Under the pieces are notes generated by a model that saw only the letters and a program-made list of their open reading frames with translations, had not been told where the DNA came from and made no database searches. The position numbers and the translations under genes are program-made. Shown piece by piece: positions 18,194 through 27,473 of a DNA stretch of 64,000 bases (the first letter of the stretch is position 1; every line of letters starts with the position of its first letter). The DNA is from a virus (lineage: Duplodnaviria > Heunggongvirae > Uroviricota > Caudoviricetes). The stretch lies in IMG/VR virus record IMGVR_UViG_3300031417_000415; one strand, 5' to 3'.

Positions 18194-19852
18194 CTATTCG
18201 GATTTAGGCGTTGAAACACCTTTTGTTCTCAAACCAGACCGGTTAGTCCGCAACCATGCAGACGATCTCCGTGAGATGGACCACCGACAGTCAAGTCCGC
18301 GACACCGTCGCCGATTGGCTACGCATCGGTGCGGCCATGGTGCGTACCGGATATGCCGGCGGAGCGGACAGATCCGCCGGCGAAATCGAAGAGGTCATCA
18401 AGAAACGCTTCCCGGACCAGCCACTGGGAAGCTGGGCCGCGCACTGCGCGGCCTACGAGGCCAAGTCACTGAGGGCACGCGTGCCCAATGGGAGCATGGT
18501 GTTCGGCGGACGAGCCGAGCTGCTCCGCCGTCAGAAGGGGCTAATCTCCAGCAATATCTGGAAGGCGCGCCGCCACGGCCGCGCGCTGCCGATCATCGGC
18601 GACCGCACCCGATGGGGCAACCGACACTTCCGACTGTCGACCGACGCACGCAAATGCGTCATAACGTTCCTCAAGCACGAGGTGACTCTGGATCTGGTCG
18701 AAATGGCCGGCAAGCACGGCGCGCTGCTGCGCGCCATCGCCCTGCTCGCCGACGCCTGCCAGATCAGCGTACAGTTCTCGCTGACGCCGACGCACCTGAA
18801 CGTAACCTTCGACGAGATGGACCTGCGCCGGCTGCCGCCGGGCATGTCGCTCGAGGATGTGAAGATCCGCGAGCAGGGCGCGTCCCGCCGCGGGCGAAAA
18901 CGCAAGGACGCCTCGACGCACTATGCTGCGCACCGCATAAAGCACACCCCAGACCGGCCGGTGCACCCTGAGTGGCGTGATGCAGTACCTACCGTGGCTA
19001 CCCGCGCCATCGGCCTGGATCTAAACCCGGAATGGATCGGCATCTCCGTCATCCAGATCGACGGCGATCAACAGGATGCGGACCATGTCCGCATCCTCGA
19101 CCATGTCCTGCACCGCATCGCCGTCCCGTTCGCCGCCGAGGCCGCGAACATGACCCGTACCATGGCCAACGTGGCCGCTCAGATCATCAGTCTGGCACGC
19201 GCCTGGAACTGTGGCCTCGTCGTCCACGAGAACGGTCTCGGCAAGCTCGCCTGGTCCAAGAAATCCCGTTCCGGCCAGCAGCTGCAGACCGTGAACTACT
19301 GGTCCCGCAACGCGCTGATCGGCGGGCTGACCCGCCGCTGCAAGCTGGCGGACATAAGGTTTCTGCCAATCTGGGGTGGCTATTCCACCACGATCGGCAA
19401 CATGCTCTTCGAACTGCCTGACGCGTGCGCATCAGCAGCGGAGATCGCACGACGGGGCTTCGCCTCGACGTGCGGCATCAAGGACCGGTTTCCGGTTGTC
19501 CCAGTGCAGGTGGCTTCTCGCCGATGGAAGGATGAGAAGCTACCCACTGCCATGGTGAAGGCCCTGGCGAGCGCGGACAGCTGGCAGGCGGTCCACCGGG
19601 CAATCAAACCGGCGCAGGCCGGGACGCGCAAGCGTCCCGGCATTGGCTACCGTCGGCTGCATCCATTGTCCTCGAACATGGTACCCGGGCGCCTGCTCCG
19701 ACTTGGAGATACGGGCTACGCAGTGAACCGGCTTGGGAATGGAAAAGGAGTGAGCTGTTCGGCCCGCCCGGTTCGACTATCCAGAACGGTTCGAGATAGT
19801 TCGGACCGGGTGACGGTCAGCGTGAGCTGATTCCACACTCAAATCCGAATAG
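18194..19852 (+). mobile_element. 1.66 kb TIR-bounded element encoding a TnpB-like protein, with 10 bp target-site duplication GAAAACCAGG
   Basis: TIR-L CTATTCGGATTTAGG at 18194-18208 and TIR-R CTCAAATCCGAATAG at 19838-19852; direct repeat GAAAACCAGG at 18184-18193 and 19855-19864. Confidence 0.5.
18256..19830 (+). CDS. TnpB-like RuvC-fold nuclease (524 aa) with no recognisable zinc finger
   Basis: TnpB-like N-terminus; RuvC-I AIGLDLNPEWIGISV, RuvC-II LVVHENGLGKLAWS, RuvC-III DACASAAEIARRG; no CxxC..CxxC between II and III. Confidence 0.6.
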   Translation: MQTISVRWTTDSQVRDTVADWLRIGAAMVRTGYAGGADRSAGEIEEVIKKRFPDQPLGSWAAHCAAYEAKSLRARVPNGSMVFGGRAELLRRQKGLISSNIWKARRHGRALPIIGDRTRWGNRHFRLSTDARKCVITFLKHEVTLDLVEMAGKHGALLRAIALLADACQISVQFSLTPTHLNVTFDEMDLRRLPPGMSLEDVKIREQGASRRGRKRKDASTHYAAHRIKHTPDRPVHPEWRDAVPTVATRAIGLDLNPEWIGISVIQIDGDQQDADHVRILDHVLHRIAVPFAAEAANMTRTMANVAAQIISLARAWNCGLVVHENGLGKLAWSKKSRSGQQLQTVNYWSRNALIGGLTRRCKLADIRFLPIWGGYSTTIGNMLFELPDACASAAEIARRGFASTCGIKDRFPVVPVQVASRRWKDEKLPTAMVKALASADSWQAVHRAIKPAQAGTRKRPGIGYRRLHPLSSNMVPGRLLRLGDTGYAVNRLGNGKGVSCSARPVRLSRTVRDSSDRVTVSVS

Positions 19853-19864
19853 CCGAAAACCAGG
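19730..19864 (+). ncRNA. candidate guide/scaffold RNA region at the 3' end of the TnpB-like gene
   Basis: imperfect 13 bp inverted repeat CCGGTTCGACTATC...GATAGTTCGGACCGG inside the ORF 3' end and right end. Confidence 0.2.
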
Positions 19865-20311
19865 ATGGCACGCAACGTCACGATCGTCGCGGGAACGCTG
19901 GACGACACGACACGCGCCGCGCTCGTGGCGCTGCTCGCACGGCCGCTGCCGGCGATCGTGCGCCGGGCGCTGTCGGCGGCGCGCGACCTCGACGACGGAC
20001 TGACCAGCGCACCCCAGCACTCGCTCTACGGCGTGCTGGAGGCGTTGTACGCCTGGCAGACCAGGGCGATGCCGCAGCTGCAGGACGAGGTGCGCGCGAT
20101 CCACGCGTCGGCGGTCCGCCTGGAGGGGCCGCAGACCGTGCAGACCTGTGCGATCCGCGAGATGCTGGGTCTGGCATCGTACATCGCCGACGGCGGCAGG
20201 GCCGAACGGATCGGCGAGCGCATCGGCACGCTGTGCGGGTCGCTGTCCGAGCTCCGCCAGGGCCCGCTGCTGACGTCGGAGGAGCCGCGCGTCCTGCTCG
20301 GAGCCGCCTGA
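19865..20311 (+). CDS. hypothetical protein
   Basis: start directly after the duplicated GAAAACCAGG. Confidence 0.45.
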   Translation: MARNVTIVAGTLDDTTRAALVALLARPLPAIVRRALSAARDLDDGLTSAPQHSLYGVLEALYAWQTRAMPQLQDEVRAIHASAVRLEGPQTVQTCAIREMLGLASYIADGGRAERIGERIGTLCGSLSELRQGPLLTSEEPRVLLGAA

Positions 20312-20976
20312 TGGACAGGATCCTCAAGAGGATGCTCCCCGGACGTCCATGGGAGGTCGCGGCGCTGGCGCAGGCCAGACGCGGGGCGCTCGAGCTGGTC
20401 GAACGGTCGATGCGGGCCGCGGAAGGCGATGCGCAGGCTGCCCTGCTCGCCGTCTCCCCGGACCATCTGCGCGCGCTGGTCGCCCTGGCCGCGAACCCCG
20501 ACGCGCTGCCCTGCATGTCATGCCATGGAACGGGCTGCGGCTGCGATCCCGAGACAGGGCCGTACACGTGCGAGAACTGCGACGGCATGGGTCTTCTGGA
20601 TCCGGAGCCGGACGAACGAATTCCCGAGGAGGAAAAGGACATGGGGCTGCCCCACATCATGAAGCCGGATACCGGTCTGCTCGAGGAGGCCGGGGACCGG
20701 TGGATGCGCTCGCTGGGCGTGACGATCGAATGCGGAGCCGACCGGATCGAGATCGACGCGCTGCGGTTCGAGGAGCTGGCGATGGCGCTCGGCATCCGGC
20801 ATCTGGCCGTACATCCGCGGACCCGCGAGATCGTCGCGCGCTCGATGCCCGGCGAGAGGCTGTCGGCGCTCGTCGAGCGCAACTGGTCCGCCATCGACTC
20901 CTTCGGCATCTGCGACCTCGCACGCGACGTCCAGAAGCTGTGCGCCGGCGGCGACGTCGCGTGGAGGCGCTCGTGA
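20311..20976 (+). CDS. hypothetical protein with DnaJ-type CxxCxGxG zinc-finger repeats
   Basis: CMSCHGTGCGCDPETGPYTCENCDGMG; TGATG overlap with upstream stop. Confidence 0.45.
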   Translation: MDRILKRMLPGRPWEVAALAQARRGALELVERSMRAAEGDAQAALLAVSPDHLRALVALAANPDALPCMSCHGTGCGCDPETGPYTCENCDGMGLLDPEPDERIPEEEKDMGLPHIMKPDTGLLEEAGDRWMRSLGVTIECGADRIEIDALRFEELAMALGIRHLAVHPRTREIVARSMPGERLSALVERNWSAIDSFGICDLARDVQKLCAGGDVAWRRS

Positions 20977-21650
20977 CAGGCACCCAGATCGACACGATCC
21001 TGCGGGGCATCGAGCGGCGCAGGGCAGGCCAGAGGCGGGCGATCTGGTTCGGCGTCTGCTTCGGGATCGGCGCGCAGTCCATAGGCGTCGTCATGAACTT
21101 CCTGGACTCGTGGCAGCACGGCCTGAAGGCGATCGCCTACGGCGCACTCTGCATGACGATATGGATCCCGATCCTCCTCTACATGCGCAAGACCGCCATC
21201 ATGACGAACGCCTCCGCCATAGTGACCGAGCTCCTCCACGGCATGAACGCGAAGGACCCGGAGCGCGAGGATGCGGACCGTAACGGAGATCCGTTCTCAG
21301 GGCTCCTGTGCAGGCTGGCCATACTGAAGGTGGGCATCCTCGCATGGGGGACCCCCGAGGGCAGGTGGAAGGACGGATGCGACCCCTACCACTCCCACCC
21401 GGACGATCGCCGCCGGCGCCTGATGGAGATGCTGACGATCGCCGCCTGGGTGGATCTGCCGGAAGTGCCATGGAGGACGCGCGTCGACATGATCGCGCTC
21501 GCGCAGATCTGCATCGCCGCCGAGGTCCTCCAGTCGCGCAGCCTGTCGGGGCGCATCCGCAACGTCCTGCTGCGCATCTTCGCGCGCCGGTCGAAGCCGC
21601 GCGACGTCGCATGCCCGGTCCCCGTGGCGACCGGACCGGTCGCGGCATGA
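20973..21650 (+). CDS. membrane protein (GTG start overlapping the upstream stop)
   Basis: TM helices; GTGA overlap. Confidence 0.35.
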   Translation: MTGTQIDTILRGIERRRAGQRRAIWFGVCFGIGAQSIGVVMNFLDSWQHGLKAIAYGALCMTIWIPILLYMRKTAIMTNASAIVTELLHGMNAKDPEREDADRNGDPFSGLLCRLAILKVGILAWGTPEGRWKDGCDPYHSHPDDRRRRLMEMLTIAAWVDLPEVPWRTRVDMIALAQICIAAEVLQSRSLSGRIRNVLLRIFARRSKPRDVACPVPVATGPVAA

Positions 21651-22036
21651 GCGCGCCGCTCGTCATGCGCCATGGCCGGCCTCTGCTGATGTACCACGGC
21701 ACGACCGCTCGGTTCGAGCGGTTCAGCGAGCGTCACTGGGACAGTGATCGGGGCTTCTTCTTCACGCCCCGCCTGGCCTACGCCAGGCAGTATGCCCGCG
21801 GCGAGGGGGGCAGGATCATCTCCGCCCATCTCGCCATGTCCAATCCCTACCGGTGCACCGAGATGGACTGGGGATGGGCGAAGGGCCTGAGCATGGACGA
21901 GGCACGCGAGGCGGGACACGACGGCTACGTCGTCGCCCCCTACAGCCTCGGGACCATGTTCGTCGTCTGGAACCCCGATGCCATCCGCGTCCTCTCGCAC
22001 GACCTGGACTCACAGCAGCACAGGCTGGCCGCATAG
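21647..22036 (+). CDS. hypothetical protein
   Basis: ATGA overlap. Confidence 0.4.
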   Translation: MSAPLVMRHGRPLLMYHGTTARFERFSERHWDSDRGFFFTPRLAYARQYARGEGGRIISAHLAMSNPYRCTEMDWGWAKGLSMDEAREAGHDGYVVAPYSLGTMFVVWNPDAIRVLSHDLDSQQHRLAA

Positions 22037-22059
22037 GCCGGCCAGACAGGAGACACTCG

Positions 22060-22386
22060 ATGTCCATAGTCCCCGCTCGTCCTGGCCGGTCGCGTCAGGC
22101 CGCCGAACCCGAAGACGGTCCTCCAGCGCAGACCTCGGATTTCAGGAGCCTTTCCGCACGAGGCTCGGATCTGCAGGGCTGGCGCAGCTTCGCCTGGGAT
22201 CTGGTCATCATGTGCGCGATCGTACTCGGGGGATCCATGCTTCTGGCGCTGGCCTTCGCCCTGATCGCGCTGACGGCATGGATGGCCGCAGCGATATCCG
22301 CATGGACCCTGGTCGCGACGGTCCCGCTCTCGATAGGCCTGCTTCTGGCGGCCATGCTGGCGACATACAGGTGCATACTCGGCTGA
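22060..22386 (+). CDS. small membrane protein
   Basis: RBS GGAGAC; hydrophobic C-terminal half. Confidence 0.35.
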   Translation: MSIVPARPGRSRQAAEPEDGPPAQTSDFRSLSARGSDLQGWRSFAWDLVIMCAIVLGGSMLLALAFALIALTAWMAAAISAWTLVATVPLSIGLLLAAMLATYRCILG

Positions 22387-22422
22387 ACGACCACGAAACA
22401 GGAATCAGCGAGGGAAAAGCAG

Positions 22423-23046
22423 ATGCCCGAGACATACGGATTCACCCATGCGATCATCAGCCCGTCGACGGACCCCGACGATCCGTTCGTGCTGCACGTC
22501 CACGGCCTGACGGCCGGCGTCGACGGCAAGCCCGATGGCCAGAAGGTCCTGATCGCCACCGTGGACGACGAGCGCCCGATGCTCGCGACCCGGATCCTGC
22601 GGATGCTGCAGGCGCGCGGCATCACGATCGAGGGCGATGCTCTCGCGATCAACATGTCCGAGCCCGACATCTCGTTCCTCACCATGCGCGGATCGCTGCA
22701 CGAGGACGGTTCGGAATGGACCGACCTCGAGGTGCGCTTCGTCGACGGAGAGAAGACAGCGGCGGCCAGCTTCCCCGACGCCTACGAGGGTTTCGCCCGG
22801 GCGATGTACGATCTCCATGGACCCGCGGAGCCAGCATACCGCCGCTTCGCCATGTTCCGCCATCGGCGACACGAGGCGGCGGGAGGATGGGACGACTTCG
22901 TCGAGGGGTTCGACACTCCGGAAGCGGCCAGGGCCGACTGGCGCTGGAGCACGCCCGACCGGCACGGGGATGCGGAGGTCTCGATCGTCGACCTGTCTAC
23001 GATGACCGAGATCGAGAGCAGGAGCCTGCCGTCGCTCGAAGGCTGA
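22423..23046 (+). CDS. hypothetical protein
   Basis: conserved GAGGGAAAAGCAG-ATG motif. Confidence 0.45.
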   Translation: MPETYGFTHAIISPSTDPDDPFVLHVHGLTAGVDGKPDGQKVLIATVDDERPMLATRILRMLQARGITIEGDALAINMSEPDISFLTMRGSLHEDGSEWTDLEVRFVDGEKTAAASFPDAYEGFARAMYDLHGPAEPAYRRFAMFRHRRHEAAGGWDDFVEGFDTPEAARADWRWSTPDRHGDAEVSIVDLSTMTEIESRSLPSLEG

Positions 23047-23069
23047 TACGCATACCGAAGGAAAAACAG

Positions 23070-24203
23070 ATGGGCTTCGCAGACCACTACCCGCTCGCCG
23101 TCTTCGAGGCGGGCTACCGCGCCGGCCAGGCCGGTCGAGACGGCGCCAGCGAGCACTTGGAAGAGATCTTCCTCCCCGCCGTGAAGACGCATCTGCTCCG
23201 GCTCCGGCAGGAAGGGCGTCTCGGCACCGCGGCAGGTCTCGCCGGCCGCGACGTGTGGGCCGCGACCGACTGGAACGAGATGGTCGTCTCCGGGCGGTTC
23301 TCGCGCTGGCTGGTCTCGTTCCTGACGAGCCACGCCTTCCACGGGTCGCACGGCGACGCGGAGCGGGGATCGGTCTTCGACCCCGGCTCTCGGGAACCCG
23401 ACGTCGCTCCCGAGGAACGCATCCGGCGCGCCTGGGAACGCCTGTGCGCGCTGCTGGATGCCGGCACCACCGACCACGCCTTCCGGCTGGAGACCCAGCA
23501 GGACGGCATCACCGGCGACCGGTGCCTGCTGGAGTTCGTCGACTGGAAGCCTGCGCTCATGCGCTGGACCGGCGGCGGCTTCGAGCCCGCGCAGGACATG
23601 GGCGCCATCCCGCTCGCCACGATCGAGATCGACTGCCCGTCGGGCGAGCTGATCCTCACCGACGCGATGACCGCCGGAGACGACGTCTTCCGGGAGGCGA
23701 TCGACCTCGGCGACCGCCGTCACACGGTCGCGTCGCTGAACTCCGACCAGGGCTGCGTCAACTACTCGACCATCGTCGCCGCCGAGTACGGCTTCGGCGC
23801 GGTCGCGACCGACAACACCATGGTCGCGGTGCACCGCCAGGGTGACCGGCTCGTCGTCAGCGAGCGCCATGCCGACGAGGATCTGCGTCTCGACGACGAG
23901 GACGGCGACGTCACCGTGGCGGGCTGGGACAAGGTCGGCACGTTCTGCTGCGACCGCTGGATGGTGGAGATCATCGACCGCCAGGTCGCCGTCGACATCA
24001 TGACGCGCCACGGGACGCAGGACGCATCCGCCGCGCTCGACGCATGGATAGCCGACGAGGACGACGAGGTCGTCGTCGTGAAGATGACGCCCGGACGCTA
24101 TCGCATCAGCTTCGGTCCGGGCTTCTCGCAGAGGTTCGACAGGTCCGCGGCCGGCATCCCGAACGGTCCGGAGCCGTGGCTGCTCATGGAGCGGATCGGC
24201 TGA
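23070..24203 (+). CDS. hypothetical protein (377 aa)
   Basis: conserved GAAGGAAAAACAG-ATG motif. Confidence 0.45.
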   Translation: MGFADHYPLAVFEAGYRAGQAGRDGASEHLEEIFLPAVKTHLLRLRQEGRLGTAAGLAGRDVWAATDWNEMVVSGRFSRWLVSFLTSHAFHGSHGDAERGSVFDPGSREPDVAPEERIRRAWERLCALLDAGTTDHAFRLETQQDGITGDRCLLEFVDWKPALMRWTGGGFEPAQDMGAIPLATIEIDCPSGELILTDAMTAGDDVFREAIDLGDRRHTVASLNSDQGCVNYSTIVAAEYGFGAVATDNTMVAVHRQGDRLVVSERHADEDLRLDDEDGDVTVAGWDKVGTFCCDRWMVEIIDRQVAVDIMTRHGTQDASAALDAWIADEDDEVVVVKMTPGRYRISFGPGFSQRFDRSAAGIPNGPEPWLLMERIG

Positions 24204-24233
24204 GTGACCACCTCGATCACGGAGAGAACCACG

Positions 24234-24629
24234 ATGGACATCGTCGATAGCAACACGACACGCCGCCGGCTCTACGAGCCCGCGACCGCACGCGACATGC
24301 ATCTCTACGGCGAGACGTCGACGATGCCCGGGGACGAGCCGATGCAGCTCGACGGGACGCTGCAGTTCGAGGTCCTGCATCTGGCCGAGATCGGCGGCGA
24401 TGGACAGGCCGACTTCCTCGACGTCGCTCCGATCGGATCCTCGCCTACCGACGTCGGCGCGATCGCGCTGGTGCAGGAGCATCATGACGCCTCGGGCGAG
24501 AGCCGCCCCCTGTGGTTCCTCCGCGGCGCAGGTCGCAGCGGCGAGGAGATCCACGCAGGCTACGGTCATGGCCTGCACGCCATGACGAGGTATCGCATCG
24601 TCATGGTGCGGGGACGGACCGTACGATGA
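24234..24629 (+). CDS. hypothetical protein
   Basis: RBS GGAGAGAA. Confidence 0.4.
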   Translation: MDIVDSNTTRRRLYEPATARDMHLYGETSTMPGDEPMQLDGTLQFEVLHLAEIGGDGQADFLDVAPIGSSPTDVGAIALVQEHHDASGESRPLWFLRGAGRSGEEIHAGYGHGLHAMTRYRIVMVRGRTVR

Positions 24630-25276
24630 CGCCCGGCGGCATCGACGACGGGATCTCGCTCCGCTTCCACCTGATGCGGGACGCCCGCGAGAGCGCCTAC
24701 GACATTCCGCGTAGACGCGACGTCATGGAGACCCTGCGGCGCAGCGCGTGGCCGTGCGCGACGGTCGTCATCTGCTCCGCGCTCGCTCTGATGGCTGCCC
24801 ATGCCGGCCACTACGTCTCCGTCGCGCTCCTCGCCCTGCCCGTCTGGATCGCCTGGTGGCTCCACGGCAGGGACCGCAGGATGTCCGACGACTTCGAGCG
24901 TTCGGGCGTCTGGCAGATGGCGGCCTACGCGATCGTTCGGCACGTCGTCCGCGATCCTGCGGGAAATGACGGCCACGAGGTGCTTGCGGAGATACACCGG
25001 ACGCGCTCGGGACGCGCGCTGGGCTACGACGACGTCGCCCGGCTGATCCACCTCTCGCGGATAGTGCCGCTGCGCGCCAGGCTGCTGGTGCTGTCGTATC
25101 TCGAGCTGATGCTCCTCGCCCATGCGGAGCGCCTGCGAGCCGACGCGCTGTACCGCACGGACCGGCTGGACGACGACGAGATACGTCGCATCAGGACGAA
25201 GCTCCGGCAGATGCCGGGGCGGGGCCGCAGGCCCATGTCGGTCGCGATGCGGCAGCCGGATCAGAGAACAGCCTAG
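24626..25276 (+). CDS. membrane protein
   Basis: ATGA overlap; TM helices. Confidence 0.4.
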   Translation: MTPGGIDDGISLRFHLMRDARESAYDIPRRRDVMETLRRSAWPCATVVICSALALMAAHAGHYVSVALLALPVWIAWWLHGRDRRMSDDFERSGVWQMAAYAIVRHVVRDPAGNDGHEVLAEIHRTRSGRALGYDDVARLIHLSRIVPLRARLLVLSYLELMLLAHAERLRADALYRTDRLDDDEIRRIRTKLRQMPGRGRRPMSVAMRQPDQRTA

Positions 25277-25289
25277 AAGGGAAAACGAG

Positions 25290-26276
25290 ATGGGAGTGTC
25301 GCTCGCCAAGGAACCGTACGTGCATGACGCGCGCCCGTCGTACGACCGAAGGACCATGATCGGCGCCGCGCTCCTGCACCTGCAGGCGACCTCCTCGGCG
25401 TCGGCGCTGAGGAACAGCGCCACGTGGGCCGCGCCGCTGCTGCTCGGTCTGTGCGGTCTGGACCGCGACGACCTGGGAAGCGTCGCCCCGATCGAGTGGG
25501 ACGAGGATCCCGCGGATCGGAGGACGGCGCTCGACGAGGCGCTGCCGATCCTGATCACGACGCTGTACTCGCCTGCCCCGTGCAGCGTGCATGACCTGCG
25601 CCTTCAGGTGCTCGACGTCGTCAGGCCGCTCCGTGGAGAACTGCTCGATGCACACCGTCGTGCGTGGTACGACGACCAGATCGCGCTCGCCTTCGCGGAC
25701 CGCGTCTGGGAGGACCGGCCGACAGGACCGATAGCCAGGGCGGCCAGCATCGCCTCGTACGGCGTCACGCTCCTGATCGCGCTGCTCTGCGCGGTGGTGG
25801 CGCTTCCGCTCATCCTCGCCGGCATGACCGACCGTCCGCGTCTCCGCGACGCAGGAAACCGCCGCGATGCGCGATCGGCCATCGGCGCGCCGGACACGGA
25901 GGATGGAATCCCGCCTCTGATGGCCGCGATCGGCGACGCCGCGCTGCTTGCCGATCTCGGGCGGGCACGTTCGGATCTGCGCCGAAATGTCGAACGAAGC
26001 CCTGGGAACGGAGACGCCGCCGAGCGCCTCGAGAAGCACCTGGCAGACTTCACCCGTCGGGTCGACGCCGCCCAGAAGGCGGGATCGATGTCCCCGACGC
26101 TGCGTCGGGAGAGCGCGGCTGCACTCCAGGCGCTGATCCGCTCCATGGACGCCGTCTCGTCGCGCGACTCGCGCCAGGCCGCACAGGATCTCGAGACCGG
26201 CATACGATTCATCGCAAGTGCCCACGGCACGACCGACGACGCACTGTCGCTAGAGGGCCTGCGCGCAGCCGCCTGA
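25290..26276 (+). CDS. membrane protein (328 aa)
   Basis: conserved GAAGGGAAAACGAG-ATG motif. Confidence 0.4.
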   Translation: MGVSLAKEPYVHDARPSYDRRTMIGAALLHLQATSSASALRNSATWAAPLLLGLCGLDRDDLGSVAPIEWDEDPADRRTALDEALPILITTLYSPAPCSVHDLRLQVLDVVRPLRGELLDAHRRAWYDDQIALAFADRVWEDRPTGPIARAASIASYGVTLLIALLCAVVALPLILAGMTDRPRLRDAGNRRDARSAIGAPDTEDGIPPLMAAIGDAALLADLGRARSDLRRNVERSPGNGDAAERLEKHLADFTRRVDAAQKAGSMSPTLRRESAAALQALIRSMDAVSSRDSRQAAQDLETGIRFIASAHGTTDDALSLEGLRAAA

Positions 26277-26318
26277 ACCCCATTGCACGATCATCCACCT
26301 CCATATAGGAAGACCATC

Positions 26319-26357
26319 ATGCTCGCGATCGATCTCGACACCGGCCTCGGTACCTAG
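26319..26357 (+). CDS. possible 12-codon leader peptide (MLAIDLDTGLGT) followed by a 9 bp stem hairpin
   Basis: RBS GGAAGACC; hairpin GACCGCCCC..GGGGCGGTC at 26358-26383, upstream of the aaRS-like gene. Confidence 0.2.
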   Translation: MLAIDLDTGLGT

Positions 26358-26438
26358 ACCGCCCCTCTCCAGACGGGGCGGTCACGAAGTCGCGCAGCCA
26401 GCGCGCACCGACCGATCCCCGATCAAGAGAGAACGAAC

Positions 26439-27191
26439 ATGTCCTATGCACTCTACGACGACCTCGCCGGGCTCCGTACCTGGCGACAGAACGAACTCGC
26501 CCTGCGCCGCCGTATCCGCGACGCCATCGTCGAACGGGTCGAGACGACCGCCCGCGACATCAACCGCGCCTGGGCCTTCGAGGAGGTCGAGGCGCCGCTG
26601 ATGATGCCGCTCGAGCGGATGAGCTCGGCCTACACCTCCGACGACGTCTTCATGCTGCGGGACGCGCCCGGGGGGACGAAGGAATGGGCGATGCGCGCCG
26701 AGACCACGGACGGGACGTACTGCGCCGCCGTCCAGATCCTGCGCACCACCAGCGTCAAGGCGCCGCTGTGCGTCTGGCAGATGGGGACCAGCTTCCGCCG
26801 CGAGCTGAACGACGGGGCGACCGCCGCGCGACTGCGGTTCAACGCCTTCACGCAGCTCGAGCTGCAGATGGTGCACTATGCAGACACCGCGGCCGACATC
26901 GCGGTGCCGATCCGGGAGGCGCTGGTGCCGCTGGTGGGAAGGCTCACCGGGCTCGAGACGCGCCTCGTCGCCTCCGACCGGCTGCCCTCGTACGCGACCG
27001 AGACGATCGACATCGAGTGCCGGCTGCCGGACGTCCCCGAGAGCGCCAGCGAGGACGCCCGGTGGCGCGAGGTCGCCAGCACGTCGCGGCGCACCGACTT
27101 CCCGACGCCGCCCGGATACAAGCCCCTCAAGGTCTTCGAGATCGCGTTCGGGATGGACCGCCTCGTGGCCCTGGCCAACGGGACGCTCTGA
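26439..27191 (+). CDS. class II aminoacyl-tRNA synthetase-like catalytic-core protein (standalone; AsnA/EpmA/HisZ-like architecture)
   Basis: motif 2 GTSFRRELNDGATAARLRFNAFTQLELQ and motif 3 FGMDRLVALA; 250 aa with no anticodon-binding domain. Confidence 0.5.
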   Translation: MSYALYDDLAGLRTWRQNELALRRRIRDAIVERVETTARDINRAWAFEEVEAPLMMPLERMSSAYTSDDVFMLRDAPGGTKEWAMRAETTDGTYCAAVQILRTTSVKAPLCVWQMGTSFRRELNDGATAARLRFNAFTQLELQMVHYADTAADIAVPIREALVPLVGRLTGLETRLVASDRLPSYATETIDIECRLPDVPESASEDARWREVASTSRRTDFPTPPGYKPLKVFEIAFGMDRLVALANGTL

Positions 27192-27473
27192 ACGACGACG
27201 GTTTACGCATGGCATCGATGATGGCATGATGCTCGGGCTGCGGGTCGGGAGAAGCGCTCCCAATCTCCGAGCTGGACAAGTGAGTGGAAGGGTCCAGCCG
27301 CCGAATGACCGCCGACATGCAGGCAGTCGCCCGAGAGGATAGGCGAAACTCACGCTATCCGGCGTAGCGTCCGGAAACGCAGCGACCGCGGACGGTCCGC
27401 ATCTCCACCTGGAGGCGCGGGCCGTCGGTGCGATGGCGCAGCGACCTATCATCCAAACACATGCCTACAGCAG

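Noticed and set aside
18256-19830. DDE transposase assignment for the TIR element ORF
   Set aside because: Motif order and spacing (D...E...D with the third motif DAxxSAAExxRRG) and the N-terminal R(W/L)xPTxxQ-like region fit TnpB/RuvC, not IS4/ISL3/IS256 signatures. TIR+TSD therefore remain unexplained, not a reason to re-class the protein.
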